Shown here one piece after another: positions 12,966-25,000 of a stretch of 64,000 bases of DNA (within the stretch, counting starts at the first letter, position 1; every line of letters begins with the position of its first letter). Below the pieces are notes generated by a model that was given only the letters and a program-made list of their open reading frames with translations, ran no database searches and was not told the DNA's origin. This DNA is from Torpedo marmorata. Its lineage: Eukaryota. The stretch is taken from assembly GCA_977017645.1 (NCBI GenBank), contig OZ360220.1, positions 48,794,001-48,858,000 of the forward strand. The letters are read 5' to 3'. Position numbers and translations under genes: made by a program.

Positions 12966-13452
12966 TCGAGGGATGCCTACCCTGAAGAGGTTTGCCCTTG
13001 CTCTCCGAAGGGAGTTCTGTGGGATTCTCTCTCACTGCTCCCCATCTGCAACCCCTGCTGCTCTCAAGCTCTACGACCATGTACTCACCCAGACTCGATT
13101 CCACAGCCACGTTGCTACTAAACCTGCTTGCCTTTTCCTTCCCCTCCCCCCTTACCTGTCCTTCCAGTTTTTTTTACACCCACCCAGCCATCCCTCCTCC
13201 CCCTCTTTGCTGCTGTCCCCTCCCTCCTTTCTCCACCTATCATCTCCTGCCTTTGCCACCCCCCTTCCCCCCCTCACTCTTTTGTTCGGACGCCTGCCGG
13301 CATTTTCTCATACTTTGATGAAGGGCACAAGCCCGAAACATCGGTTATGTATTTCTACCTTTGCTACATAAAATACACTGTTTGACCTGCTGAGTTTCTC
13401 CAGCATTTGTGTTTTTTACTTCAACCACGCTGTCTACAGATTTTCATGATTT
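12966..13452 (+). mobile_element. Internally deleted Penelope-like element (probable ORF N-terminus joined to pseudo-LTR with hammerhead core)
   Basis: Peptide RREFCGILSHCSPS..LKLYDHVLTQTRFHSH resembles the PLE ORF start (from recall). It is followed by a pyrimidine tract, TTGATGA-A-GGGC-ACAA-GCCC-GAAA-CATCG (13315-13343) and the shared TGCTGAGTTTCTCCAGCA block. Confidence 0.65.
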
Positions 13453-13594
13453 ATTACTAAATCTACCCATGCGATCGATTGAGACAACTAAAACTCTCAG
13501 AACCAATGGCTTATTGGCTGAAATGTATTTACCGGTAGCTCTGTTTCATTTGATAGTCCCAGATTTGCTGAAGGTGGAAGACTTGGAGGAAGAA

Positions 13595-13728
13595 GCTGAT
13601 TGGAGGAAGACGCTGATTGGAGCAAGAGAGATCAGGTGACCTGAGGAGCGACAGCAGTTAGAATTTAAAAAGGGGTGAGGCAGCAGAAAGAACCTGATTG
13701 GAGGAAGAAGCTAAGTATCACTATAAAA
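13595..13728 (+). promoter_or_regulatory. Candidate Pol II promoter module at CR1 5' end (3x inverted CCAAT + TATA)
   Basis: CTGATTGGAG at ~13596, ~13613 and ~13694, and TATAAAA at 13722-13728, upstream of the CR1 5' UTR. Function is inferred. Confidence 0.4.
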
Positions 13729-13942
13729 GTGAGGGACAGTGTTGCGCAGCGGTCATTGTCAGAGTGGGCTGAGTCAGAGTAGTGAGGCTTTGGCGAGAAC
13801 AGGTAAGAGGCGAGGGATAGTAGGAGTTGAAGTAAGAAAGGGACACCCTATTCAAGGAACAAAAAGGATTCAGCAGGTAGGCACAGGTAAGGGCAGGTTT
13901 TAGATATAATATATTTTGTTCCTCTAGTCATAAATAGTGGGA

Positions 13943-14877
13943 ATGGCAGCCAAGGCAGGAGATGCTCCTCTTGCAGAATGTGGATCATCAGGGAAGCCAA
14001 CAGTATCCCTGACGACTTCATCTGCGAGAAGTGCATCCAGCTGCAGCTCCTGACAAGCCGAGTTAAGGAATTGGAGCTGGAGTTGGATGAACTCTGGATC
14101 ATTCGAGAGGCAGAGGGGGTGATAGACAGGAGTTATAGGGACACTATCACACCAAGGAGGCAGGAGGAGGGTAGATGGGTGACAGTCAGGAAAGGAAAAA
14201 GGAACAGGCAGGCAGTGCAGGGCACCCCTGTAGCCGTTACCCTCAATAACAAGTATACCATTTTGGAAACTGTTGGGGGGAACGAACTACCAGGCACAAG
14301 CCACAGCGATCAGGTCACTGGCACGGAGTCTGGTCCTGTGGCTAAGAAGGGAAGGGAGGAGAAGAGGCGAGCTGCAGTGATAGGGGGTTCCATAGTTAGG
14401 GGAACAGATAAGAGGTTTTGTGGAAGAGATCGAGTATCCCGGATGGTATGTTGCCTCCCTGGTGCCAGGGTCCAAGATATATCAGATCGAGTTCACAGTA
14501 TTCTCAGGAGGGAGGGTGAGTAGCCAGATGTCATGGTCCATGTAGGGACCAATGACGTTGGTAGGAAAGGTGAGGAGATCCTGCAAGGAAAGTTCAGGGA
14601 GTTAGGCGCTGGGTTGAAGGACAGGACCTCCAGGGTTGTGATCTCAGGATTGCTACCCATGCCACGTGCTAGTGAGGTTAGAAATAGGAGGATAATGCAG
14701 CTTAACACGTGGCTAAAGACATGGTGCAGGAGGGAGGGCTTCAGGTTTCTGGATCATTGGGCTCTCTTTCAGGGAAGGTGGGAACAGTTCCAATGGGACG
14801 GTTTGCATCTGAACTGGAGGGGGACTAATATCCTTGCGGGAAGGTTTGCAAGTGCAGCTCCAGTGGGTTTAAATTAG
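13943..14877 (+). pseudogene. CR1 ORF1 (zinc finger, coiled coil, SGNH/GDSL esterase), disrupted
   Basis: ORFs 13978-14523 and 14533-14877 are separated by an in-frame TAG. Homologous to 37180-38127. Confidence 0.85.
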
Positions 14878-17800
14878 ATTTTCAGGGGGATGGGATCCAG
14901 AGTGCCAGAGCAGATAGAGGAGTGGAGGAGGGAAAAGATGATGTGAAAATTGCATGCACCGTTAGAAGTCAACGGGTTGTATGTAGTGGAAATTTTCTAA
15001 GGTGCATCTATTTCAATGAAAGGAGTATTGTAGGAAAAACAGATGAACATAGAGTATGGATTGGCACATGCAATTATGACTTTGTGGCCATTAGTGAAAC
15101 TTGGTTGCAGGAGGGGCAGGACTGGCAGCTCAATGTTCCGGGCTTCCGTTGCTTTAGACACGATTGAATTGGGGGGGGGGGGGAGATGAAAGGGGGAGGA
15201 GTGGCATTGCTCGTCAGGGAAAATATCACAGCTGTGCTCAGGCAGGACAGACTAGAGGGCTTGTCTACTGAGGCTATATGGGTGGAGCTGAGGAATGGGA
15301 AAGGTATGACCACACTCATGGGGTTGTATTATAGACCGCCCAATAGTCAGCAAGAATTGGAGGAGCAAATCTGTAGAGTGATAGCAGGCAGCTGAAGGAA
15401 ACATAAGGTTGTGATAGTATATTTTAATTTTCCACATTTTGACTGGGACTCCCACACTGTAAAAGGGCTGGATGGCTTGGAGTTTGTCAAATGTGTTCAG
15501 AAAAGATTTCTAAATCAATATATAGAGGTACCAACTGGAGAGAATGCAATTCTGGATCTCCTTTTAGGGAATGAGACAAGACAGGTGACAGAAGTATGTG
15601 TAGGGGAACATTTTGGGTCCAGTGATCATAATGCCATTAGATTTAAGTTAATTATGGAGAAGGATACTTCTGGGCCTTGGGTTGAGATTCTAAATTTGAG
15701 AAAGGCTAATTTTGAGGAAATTAGAAAGGATCTAGAATGCATGGATTGGGATAAATAGTTTTCAGGCAAGGATGTGCCTGAATGGAGGAACTTCAAAGAT
15801 GAAATGTTGAGAGTACAGAGTTTGTATGTTCCTGTCAGGATAAAAGGCAAGGTTAGCAGGCATAGGGAACCTTGGTTTTTGAGGGATATTGGGGATCTGG
15901 TTTGGAAGAAGGGAGAGGTGTATAACAGGTATAGGCAACATGGAGTAAATGAGGTACTTGAGGAGTATAAAAAAAGCAAGAAAAAACTCAGGAAAGAAAT
16001 CAGGAAGATTAAAAGATGACCTGAGGTTGAGGTTGATTTGGCAGACGATGTGAAGGAAAGTCCTCAGGGTTTCTACAGGTATATTAAGAGCAAAAGGATA
16101 GTAAGGGACAAAATTGGTCCTCTTGAAGATCAGAGTGGTCGACTTTGTATGGAGCCAAAAGAGATGGGAGAGACCTTTTTTTTTTTCATCAGTATTCACT
16201 CAGGAAACGGGCACAGAGTCATGGGAAGTAAAGAAAATAAGCAGTGAGGTCATGGAACCTATACAGATTAAAGAGGAGGAAGTGCTTGCTGTCTTAAAGC
16301 AAATAAGGTTGGATAAATCCCCAGGGCCTGACAAGATATTCCCTTGGACCTTGAGTGAGGCTAGTGTAGAAATTGCAGGGGCTCTGGCAGAAATACTTAA
16401 AATGTCCTTAGCCACAGGTGTGGTGCCAGAGGATTGGAGGGTAGCTCACGTTGTTCCTTTGTTCAAAAAATGCTCAAAAAGTAACCCTGGAAATTATAGG
16501 CCGGTGAGCCTGACATCAGTAGTAGGTAAATTATTGGAAGGTGTTCTAAGAGATCGGATATACAATTATTTGGATAGCCAGAAACTGATTAGGGATAGTC
16601 AACATGGCTTTGTGCGTGGTAGGTCATGTTTAACCAATCTTGTAGAGTTTTTCGAGGAAGTTAGCAGGAAAGTTGACGAAGGAAAGGCTGTGGATGTTGT
16701 CGACATGGACATTGACAAGGTCCCACATGGGAGGTTAGTCAGGAAGGTTCAGACACTAGGTATTCATGGTGAAGTAGTGAACTGTATTCGACAATGTCTT
16801 GACGGGAGAAGCCAGAGAGTAGTGGTGGATGATTGCTTCTCAGACTGGAATCAGTTTGCAGATGACACTAAGTTTGGAGGCGTTGTGGACAGCAAAGAAG
16901 GTTTTCAAAGCTTGCAGAGGGATCTGGACTGGCTGGAAAAATGGGCTGAAAAATGGCAGATGGAAGGACAAATGAAGAAAGGACATACACAGTAAATGGT
17001 AGAACAATGAGGAGTGTGGAAGAACAGAGGGACCTGGGAATACAGATACATAATTCCCTGAAAGTGGTGTCACAGGTGGATAGGGATGTAAAGAGAGCTT
17101 TTGTCATATTGGCCTTCATAAATCGAAGTATTGAGTATAGGAGTGGAGATGTTATGGTAAAGTTGTACAAGACATTGGTGAGGCCAAATTTGGAGTATTG
17201 TGTACAGTTTTAGTCACCTAACTACAGGAAAGATATCAATAAGATAGAAAGAGTGCAGAGAAGATTTACTAGGATGTTGCCCAGACTTCAGGAACTGAGT
17301 TGCAGGGAAAGGTTAAACAGGTTAGGACTTAATTCCCTGGAGCGCAGAAGAATGAGAGGAGATTTGATGGAGGTATTTAAAATTATGAGGGGGATAGACA
17401 GAGTAAATGTAGATAGGCTTTTTACACTGAGGGTAGGTGAGATACAAACCAGAGGACATGGGTGAAGAGTGAAAGAGGAAAAGTTTAGGTGGAACATCAG
17501 GAGGAACTTCTTCACGCAGTGAGTGGTGGGAGTGTGGAATGAGATGCCAACTGAGGTGGTGAATGTGGGCTCAATTTTAACATTTAAGAAGAATTTGGTC
17601 AGGTACATGGATGGGAAGGGTATGGAGGGCTATGGACTGGGTGCAGGTCAATGGGACTAGGCAAAAAAAAAGGTTCAGCACAGACTAGAAGTGCTCAAGG
17701 GGCCTGTTTCTGTGCTGTAGTGTTCTATGGATCTATGGTTTCCAGATGGCAGCATGTCATAAAAATTGTACCCTCAACGTCATCTTTCTCCAATCAGAAT

Positions 17801-17899
17801 TCTTCCTCCAATGGCCTAACTCTGTTTCTCAGACAGTGCCTTTGATTTTTCTGTTGGAGGAAGTAGTCTGCCAGCACCTATGCTATCAATTCCATATTA

Positions 17900-18200
17900 C
17901 CACAGAACACTACAGCACAGAAACAGGCCCTTTGGCCTATCTAGTCTGTGCTGAACTATTATTCTGCCTAGTCCCATTGACTTACACCCAGACGGTAGCC
18001 CTCCATACCCCTCTCATACTTGTACCTATCCATTTTTTTTTCTTAAATGCTGAAATTGAGCCCGCATTCACCACTTCAGCTGGCAGCTCATTCCACACTC
18101 ATCGCTCTCTGCATGAAGAAGTTCCCTCTAATATTCTCTTTAAATATTTCACCTTTTGCCCTTAACACATGTCCTCTAGTTCTTTTCTCATGTAACCTCA
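17900..18200 (-). mobile_element. CR1 3' fragment
   Basis: Reverse complement of the CR1 3' UTR and ORF2 end; compare 17440-17720. Confidence 0.75.
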
Positions 18201-18654
18201 TCCAGAAACCTGTCCGAGAAAGCATTGAATAAAGTATTCAATGCAGGGGATGTTGGTGCAGGGGATAATGTTGACATTGGTTATTTTATCCATTCAATGA
18301 ACATGGAGGATTTGGAAAAACAGCATTGATGATTTTCCTCCAGTGCTCTGTTCTGTCTGCTGTTGGTAGTCAAAGTCTAAGAAGCATATAACAGGGCAGG
18401 GATAACTTTTGCCTGGTAAATCATGTATTGGTGGTGAGTTGGATGTATTCATCATCAATTTTTTCTTTTCTTCGATGGCCAAAGTCTATGCTGGTGCACA
18501 AAAGGTGACACTGAAGGGAAGTGGTCCACATTTCCTGGGAGGTAGGTTGGAAATAGCTTTTGTTTTGCAGATGTTGAGTGCATGCTTCAGTCAACAAAAT
18601 GACAGTGACTTGGAGCTCACTCTTTGAACATGCATTCATGCAAGGGACAATTGC

Positions 18655-19432
18655 ACAGTCATGGAGTTCTACAGCATGGAAACAGGCCCTTCATCCCAAC
18701 CTGTCCATGTCGACAAGCTAGTCCTATTTGCCTGCAATATATCACTCTAAATCTTTCCTATCCACATACCTATCTAAAAGTCTTTCAAATGTGACAGTTG
18801 TCATCGCCTCTATGAGTTCCTCTGGCAGCTCATTCTATACATCTTCCACCCTCCTGATAAAAGGTTCTGATGGTCCTGATGATGGCCCGCAATGTTGACA
18901 ATTCTTTTCTCACCCACTTGTGCTGCTGCACCCGCTGAATTCCTCCTGCAGAATGTGTGTTGCTCCAGATTCCAGCATCTGCAGTCTCTCATGTGTCTCC
19001 ACCCACCATTCTCTGTGTGGAAAAAGATGCCCCTAGGTTCATTTTAAAACTTACTCCTCTCTCTGTACATCTATGCCCTCCATAGATTTAGATTTCCCTA
19101 CACTGGGAAAAAGACAATGACAATTTACCTTGCATATGCCCCTCATGATTTTATAAACCTCTACAACAGTGGTTCTCAACCTTTTTATCCCCCCACTCAC
19201 ATACCACCTTAAGTAATCCCTTACTAACCACAGAGCACCTGTGGCTTCCTATGCCACAGGTGCTCTGTGGTTAGTAAGGGATTACTTAAGGTGGTTTGTG
19301 AGTGGAAATAAAAAGGTTAAGAACAACTGCTCTGCAAGGTCCAGGGAGATAAGCCCCAGCCTATCCAGCTTCTCCTTATAATTCAAGCCTATCTGTCCCA
19401 GTAACACTCCTGTGAATATTTTTCTGCACCCT
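18655..19432 (-). mobile_element. Diverged CR1 3' fragment hosting a PLE remnant (~18853-19000) and a hAT MITE
   Basis: CR1 3' end motifs on the minus strand are interrupted by two inserts. The PLE remnant carries CTGATGA at 18876-18882. Confidence 0.65.
19167..19329. mobile_element. hAT (Charlie-like) MITE, almost fully palindromic
   Basis: CAGTGGTTCTCAACCTTTT ... AAAAGGTTAAGAACAACTG termini. 8-bp TSD CTCTACAA/CTCTGCAA. The interior is a long inverted repeat. Confidence 0.9.
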
Positions 19433-19769
19433 CAGAATTATCTCTTGATCTTACAACCAATCTCATTGCGGCCCTTCACATTTTTAATCTGCTCTTTCTC
19501 TGCAACACTATTTTCTGCACTTTCGATTTTTGACACTATCTTGTACGTATGTATGAGTTGATTTGTCTGGATGGCACGCTATCAACAATTTTCACTGTAT
19601 TTCCGTACATGCGTCAATAATGAACAATTCAATTAAATAAGAGTGATCCTGACCTGTCAGTTATCCATCATATTAATTCTCCACCAAATCCCACTCTGCC
19701 TTTGGCCTGCAAAAGAATTCCAGTAAAGCTGATTGTAAGTTCAAAGAATAGTAACTCATCATACTACCA

Positions 19770-20195
19770 GGATATTGCTTGGATGGGAGAACATGTCTTA
19801 TGAAGCAAGGTTGACAGAGGCTTTTCTCTTTGGAGCGACAAAGGGTGAGAGGTGATGACTTAATAGAGGTATTTTTTCCTGGGGTGACAACAGGAAATAC
19901 CAGAGGACATCTGTTTAAGGGGAGTGTATGAAAGTTTAGGGGAGACATCAGAGGTCATTTTTTTTTTACACAGAGTGGTGGGTGCCTGGAATGCATTGCC
20001 GGGGGTGGTGGTGGAGGCTGGTACAATAGGGACATGCAAAAGACTTTTAGACAGGCACATGGGTGTAAGGAAAAATAGAGGGTTATGGGTGTGAGGGAGG
20101 GAAGGAAGAGGTGGTTGTGGAGTAAGTTTATATAGGTCAGCGCAACATTGTGGGCCGAAGGGCCTGGACTGTGCTGTAATGTTCCATGTTCTATA
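19770..20195 (+). mobile_element. CR1 3' fragment
   Basis: ORF2 end and 3' UTR with TTCTAT tail; same subfamily as 56803-57270. Confidence 0.75.
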
Positions 20196-21159
20196 TTTTT
20201 GGGTTTAATCAGTTAAAATGACAGTGTTACTTGAAGGTCACTACCACTTTCCTTGTTGCTTTGGTCATGGGTTATCTTGTTTGTTAGGGTTTCCCATAAT
20301 CCATTAATGGATGTTAAACTAAAAGTAAATATACTGTCAGAAGTTACACATTTAGTACTTTTCAGCAGCTCAATGCTAGCTTGTAAATTTCAGCTTACAC
20401 AATGACCACATTCTTGAGTTAAACCATTGCAAAAATGCCACGATAAATACTTTTTTTTTTAACCAGGTTGATTAATGTGCCAGACCTGACAGTACTCAAC
20501 TCAGAATAGAAGCAACAGATTTGTTAAGACAAGCCAAAAGCCAGATCTGATTCTATTTGGTCTTCCTTAGTGAATGAGGAAAGAAGTTATGGTGACCACT
20601 ACCACTGCACAGAACACACAGAGGAAGTGTGGAAACATAGAAACAAAATAAAGAATAGGCATAGGTCAGTTGGCCCCTCAAGACTGTTCCACCATTGAAT
20701 ACGATTCTGGCTGATTATTTATCTCAAAATCTTATCCTCTCCCCGTATTACTTGGCAACTTCTGCATCTGGAAGTTTTGGAAGTGGGTACAGTTACGATG
20801 TTCAAAAACATTTGGACAGTTATATGGTTAGGAAGAGTTTAGAAGGAAATGGACCAAATGCAGGCAAATGGGGCTTGCCCACAATTCCACGTTGGTTGGC
20901 ATGGATGAGTTGGGCTGAATATTGGGTTGTGTGTTGTATGACTGCATGACTCTATCTGGAATTTTATCCTCCTCTTTCTTGTGTATATGCAATAACTTAG
21001 TTTCCACAACCTTCTGTTGCCCTCTGAAGAAATTTATATTTGAGTCACGAAAAAGCTCAATAATCGTTCCACCACAACTCCATTGATGTAAATAGGGACG
21101 TGAATGTGGCTTCCAGCACGCCTGAAGTCCACAATGATCTCCTTGGTCTTCTGAGTGTT

Positions 21160-21752
21160 GAGTACAAGGTACTAGTGAGGCTGCATCTGGAGTACTGCAT
21201 GCAGTTCTGGTCTTCCTACTTGAGGAAGGCTTTGGAGGCAGTGCAGAGGAGGTTCACCAGGTTGATTCCAGAAATGAAGGGGTTAGCCTAGGAGGAGAGA
21301 TGGAGTCATCTGGGACTATACTCTCTGGAATTTGGAAGAATGAGGGTATCTTATGGAAACTTTAAAAATTATGAAGGACATAGATAAAATAGAGATAGGT
21401 AAGTTGTTTCCATTGGTGGGGGAGACTAGAACTAGGGGACATAGCCTCAAGATTCAGGGTAGTAGATTTAGGACAGAGATGAGGAAGAACTGCTTGACCC
21501 AGAGGCTGGTGAATCTATGGAATTCTCTGCCCATGCAAGAAGTGGAGGCGACCTCAGTAAATATATTTCAGACAAGGATGGATAGATTTTTACATAGTAA
21601 AGGGAATTAAGGGACATTGGTAAAAAGCAGGAAGGTGGAGATGAGCCTATCATCAGATCAGCCATTATCTCATTGAAGTGCGGAGCAGACTTGACAGGTC
21701 AGATGGCCTACTCCTGCTCCTATTTCTTATGTTCTTATGTTCTTATGTTCTT
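21160..21752 (+). mobile_element. CR1 3' fragment, (TTCTTATG)n tail subfamily
   Basis: Encodes LVRLHLEYC..QRRFTRLIP and RTRGHSLK. Tail repeats at 21725-21752. Same subfamily as 58512-58975. Confidence 0.85.
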
Positions 21753-22001
21753 ATTCTTCATAAAAAAAACTCTATTTCTCTTCCCACGGATGCTGAGTGT
21801 TTCCAGCATTTTCTAGTTTTATTTCAGATTTCCAGCATTTTAACCTATTATAAAATCATGAGTGGCATTGATAGAATAAATAGTCACAGTCCAAAACTCA
21901 TGGGCTCGTGCTTAAGATTAGAGGGGTTCTTTGAGCCTGCTCCAATAAAATCAAGTGCCTCAGGTCCAATTTCCCATTGTTCCCGTATCTTCTGAGTGTA
22001 C

Positions 22002-25000
22002 TGTTACAAATTCAAACCAGCAACGACAGAAGACACAATACAAAAGGGGTAAAATTGAAATTTATATTTATTAAAGATAATTAAACATATAATTTCTTAA
22101 TAATTAACCCCACTATAAACGTCTATAAACACTATTCTTATCAAAAGAGTGTGTGTGTGTGTGTGCGTATAAAGCCCAGACCATTACAGTCTGTGCCCAA
22201 CCCTCATGTAAAAATGGAAAACCTTCCCAAAAACCCCCAGGTCAGTCATAAAAATAAGTCATTCCCAAAAATACAGTCCACAAAAATCACTCTCTATGTT
22301 CAGGGTCCAAATTCAGCTCTGTCCACTGGCACGAAGGACTTCTTAATGAACGTTGGAGAGAGACAATGACTGTTTAAGCTTACGAATGCTTTGCCTGCTT
22401 TTCTTCCGATGACTTTCCCTTTGGTAGGTGCATGAGGATTGCAATTCCAAATCAGTTTTGATTGGGATGTATACTTGGATCTCACAGCCTGTCTCGCTGA
22501 TCTCACGCCTGTTCTCCACGGAAGTTGCTTTATCTCAGGATTTTGCTGATATAGGAGGCCATGTGTTATTCTCCAAGCCTTTCTAGCTGGAATGCACAAG
22601 CCTCTGTGTTGGCTGTATTGCTCCAGCCTTTGCATCTCCAAACTGAATGCTTTTTTGCAGAGGTTTGCACCTGCTTTTGCAAAAGTGCAACAAAGTATCT
22701 TTCCAGAGCCTGTCTCTCTCTCTCTATGTGTGTCTCTCTCTGAGCACAGCCAGTCCTGGGCACGTTAACTCTTTCAGTACCTGGTCCCAGTGTGGACTCC
22801 AAAAGACTTCATCCTTCCTGCTGAACGTCCGCAGTCCAAATGGTCAGTCATGGTCCATAACACCTCCCACCCACAAAGAAAATTTTGGTCTGCAAGAACA
22901 AAATTTTGGAAATTAATTGAGGTGTCACAATATAAACAAAACCCACAATGTTCAACCACAAACACAAAAATATGAACTATTTTCATTTATAAAGTTTAGC
23001 ATCTCGAAAGACAATCAGCAATTACATTATCTTTCCCTTTTATATGTGTTATTATTAAATCATATTCTTTCAAAATTAGACTCCAATTCAACAACCGTCG
23101 ATTCTTATTTTTCATTTTTACAAAGAAAAACCAATGGATTATGGTCAGTATACTCTATGAGTGGTTTTTGAGCTGTACAGATATACACATCAAAGTGTTG
23201 TAGAGCCAACACAAGAGCTAACAACTCTTTTTACATGGTTGAATAATTCCTTTGATGATCATTCAACTTCATCGAGAAGTAGGATACCGGATGGTCAATA
23301 TCCTCCTCGTTCTTCCTCTATAACAGAACCGCGCCTACAGCTTCATCGCTGGCATCCATGGCTAAAGAAAATGTCTTTTCTAAATCAGGTGACTTAAGCA
23401 CAGGTTGGTGGCATAAAATGGCTTTCAATTTGACTAATGCTTCCTGATAATATATCAACCATGCAAATTTTTCTCCCTTTCGAAGCAAATATGTGAGAGG
23501 GAGTGCAAGATCTGCAGTTTTTACAGAAATTGCGGTTGGAGCCTTTCATTCCCAGGAACCTCCTCAGTGTTTTCTCAGCAGTTGGAACATGGAACTCGGA
23601 AATAGTCACAACCTTGGCCTGTACTGGCACCAACTGTCCCTGTCCTACTACATAACCCAGATAAATAAGAGTCCCTTGAACCCTCTCTGAAACTGGTTTT
23701 GTCTGGCTCCTCCTTACCCCGGTCGATAACCAGCACCTCTGGTAAATGTTCAGTCTCTTTGTGCGGCACCTGTTCAAAATATGATTTAATCATATTCACA
23801 TGACTGACCTGTGTGTCTCGTCTGCGATTAGGTGTTTCTATAACGTAGGTGACCTCATTATTTTTTGACTTAACTCCATAGGGTCCTGAAAATCTAGCCC
23901 TAAGATGATTTGAATGTGTGAGAAATAGAACTAATATGTTCTCACCAGGTTTAAAAGTTTTCATCTTGACCTTTCGATCATACCAACCCTTCATTCACTG
24001 TTGAGTGGCCTTTAAAGTCTCTTTTGCCATCTCACAAGCTTTATGCAACCGATCCTTAAATTTGGAAACATAATCCAACAGATTTAAATGCACATCACTA
24101 TTAATCCACTGTTCGTTTAATAACCTTAAAGGACCTCTCACCTCATGGCCGAAAACTAACTCGAATGGACTAAAACCAAGCGATTCTTGGACAGACTCCC
24201 TCGCTGCAAATAACAACAAATGAACCCCCTCATCCCAATCCTTTTCCTTCTCACAACAAGAAGTTCTAATAATGTTTTTGAAAGTCGAATGGAACCTCTC
24301 CAAGGCCCCTTGACTTTCTGGATGGTAGGCAGAGGATACAATATGTTTAACTCCCAGTCTATCTACCACTTGTTGGAATATGCCTGACATGAAATTACTA
24401 CACTGATCTGATTGAATTTCCCTTGGCAAACGTACCAAGGTGAAAAACTTTGCCATAACCTTTACAATTGCCTTTGCTTTAATGTTTCTCAGAGGAATGG
24501 CCTCTGGAAATCAGGTGGGTGCACACACAATTATTAACAAATACTCATTCTCTGCTTTGGTTTTGGGCAATGGGCCAACACAGTCCACAATCACTCTCAA
24601 GAAAGGCTCACTAAAGGAGATGTAAATAAATTTATTTCTCAAATGTATAGATTGTTCCAGAGAAAAAATCCTAAAGCAGGAATTCATAAATCAAGATTAA
24701 AGTGGGAATTAAATTTGAATGTAACAATAGATGAAAATCATTGGAAAGAATTATGTAAATTAAGTATGACGAAGATTATTAATGTTAGATATAGATTAGT
24801 ACAATATAATTTTTTTCATCAATTATATTTAACACCTAAAAAATTAAAGAAATTTAATCCGACATTATCAGGTTTATGTGTTAGATGTAATAAAGAGGAA
24901 GGTTCTTTCGTGCATTCTACATGGTTTTGTCCAAAGGTTTATGGTTTTTGGTTGAAAGTTAAAAAAAATTTAGATAAGGTATTAAAGATCACATTCCCAA

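Larger units (their letters stand above)
13590..17740 (+). mobile_element. Near-full-length CR1 LINE (decayed)
   Basis: 5' UTR; ORF1 with Cys motifs, coiled coil and esterase (HVGTND, DGLH); ORF2 with APE endonuclease (ISETW, YYRPP, SDH) and RT (YRPVSLTS, FADD); TTCTATGG tail. Multiple stops, frameshifts and deletions. Confidence 0.93.
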
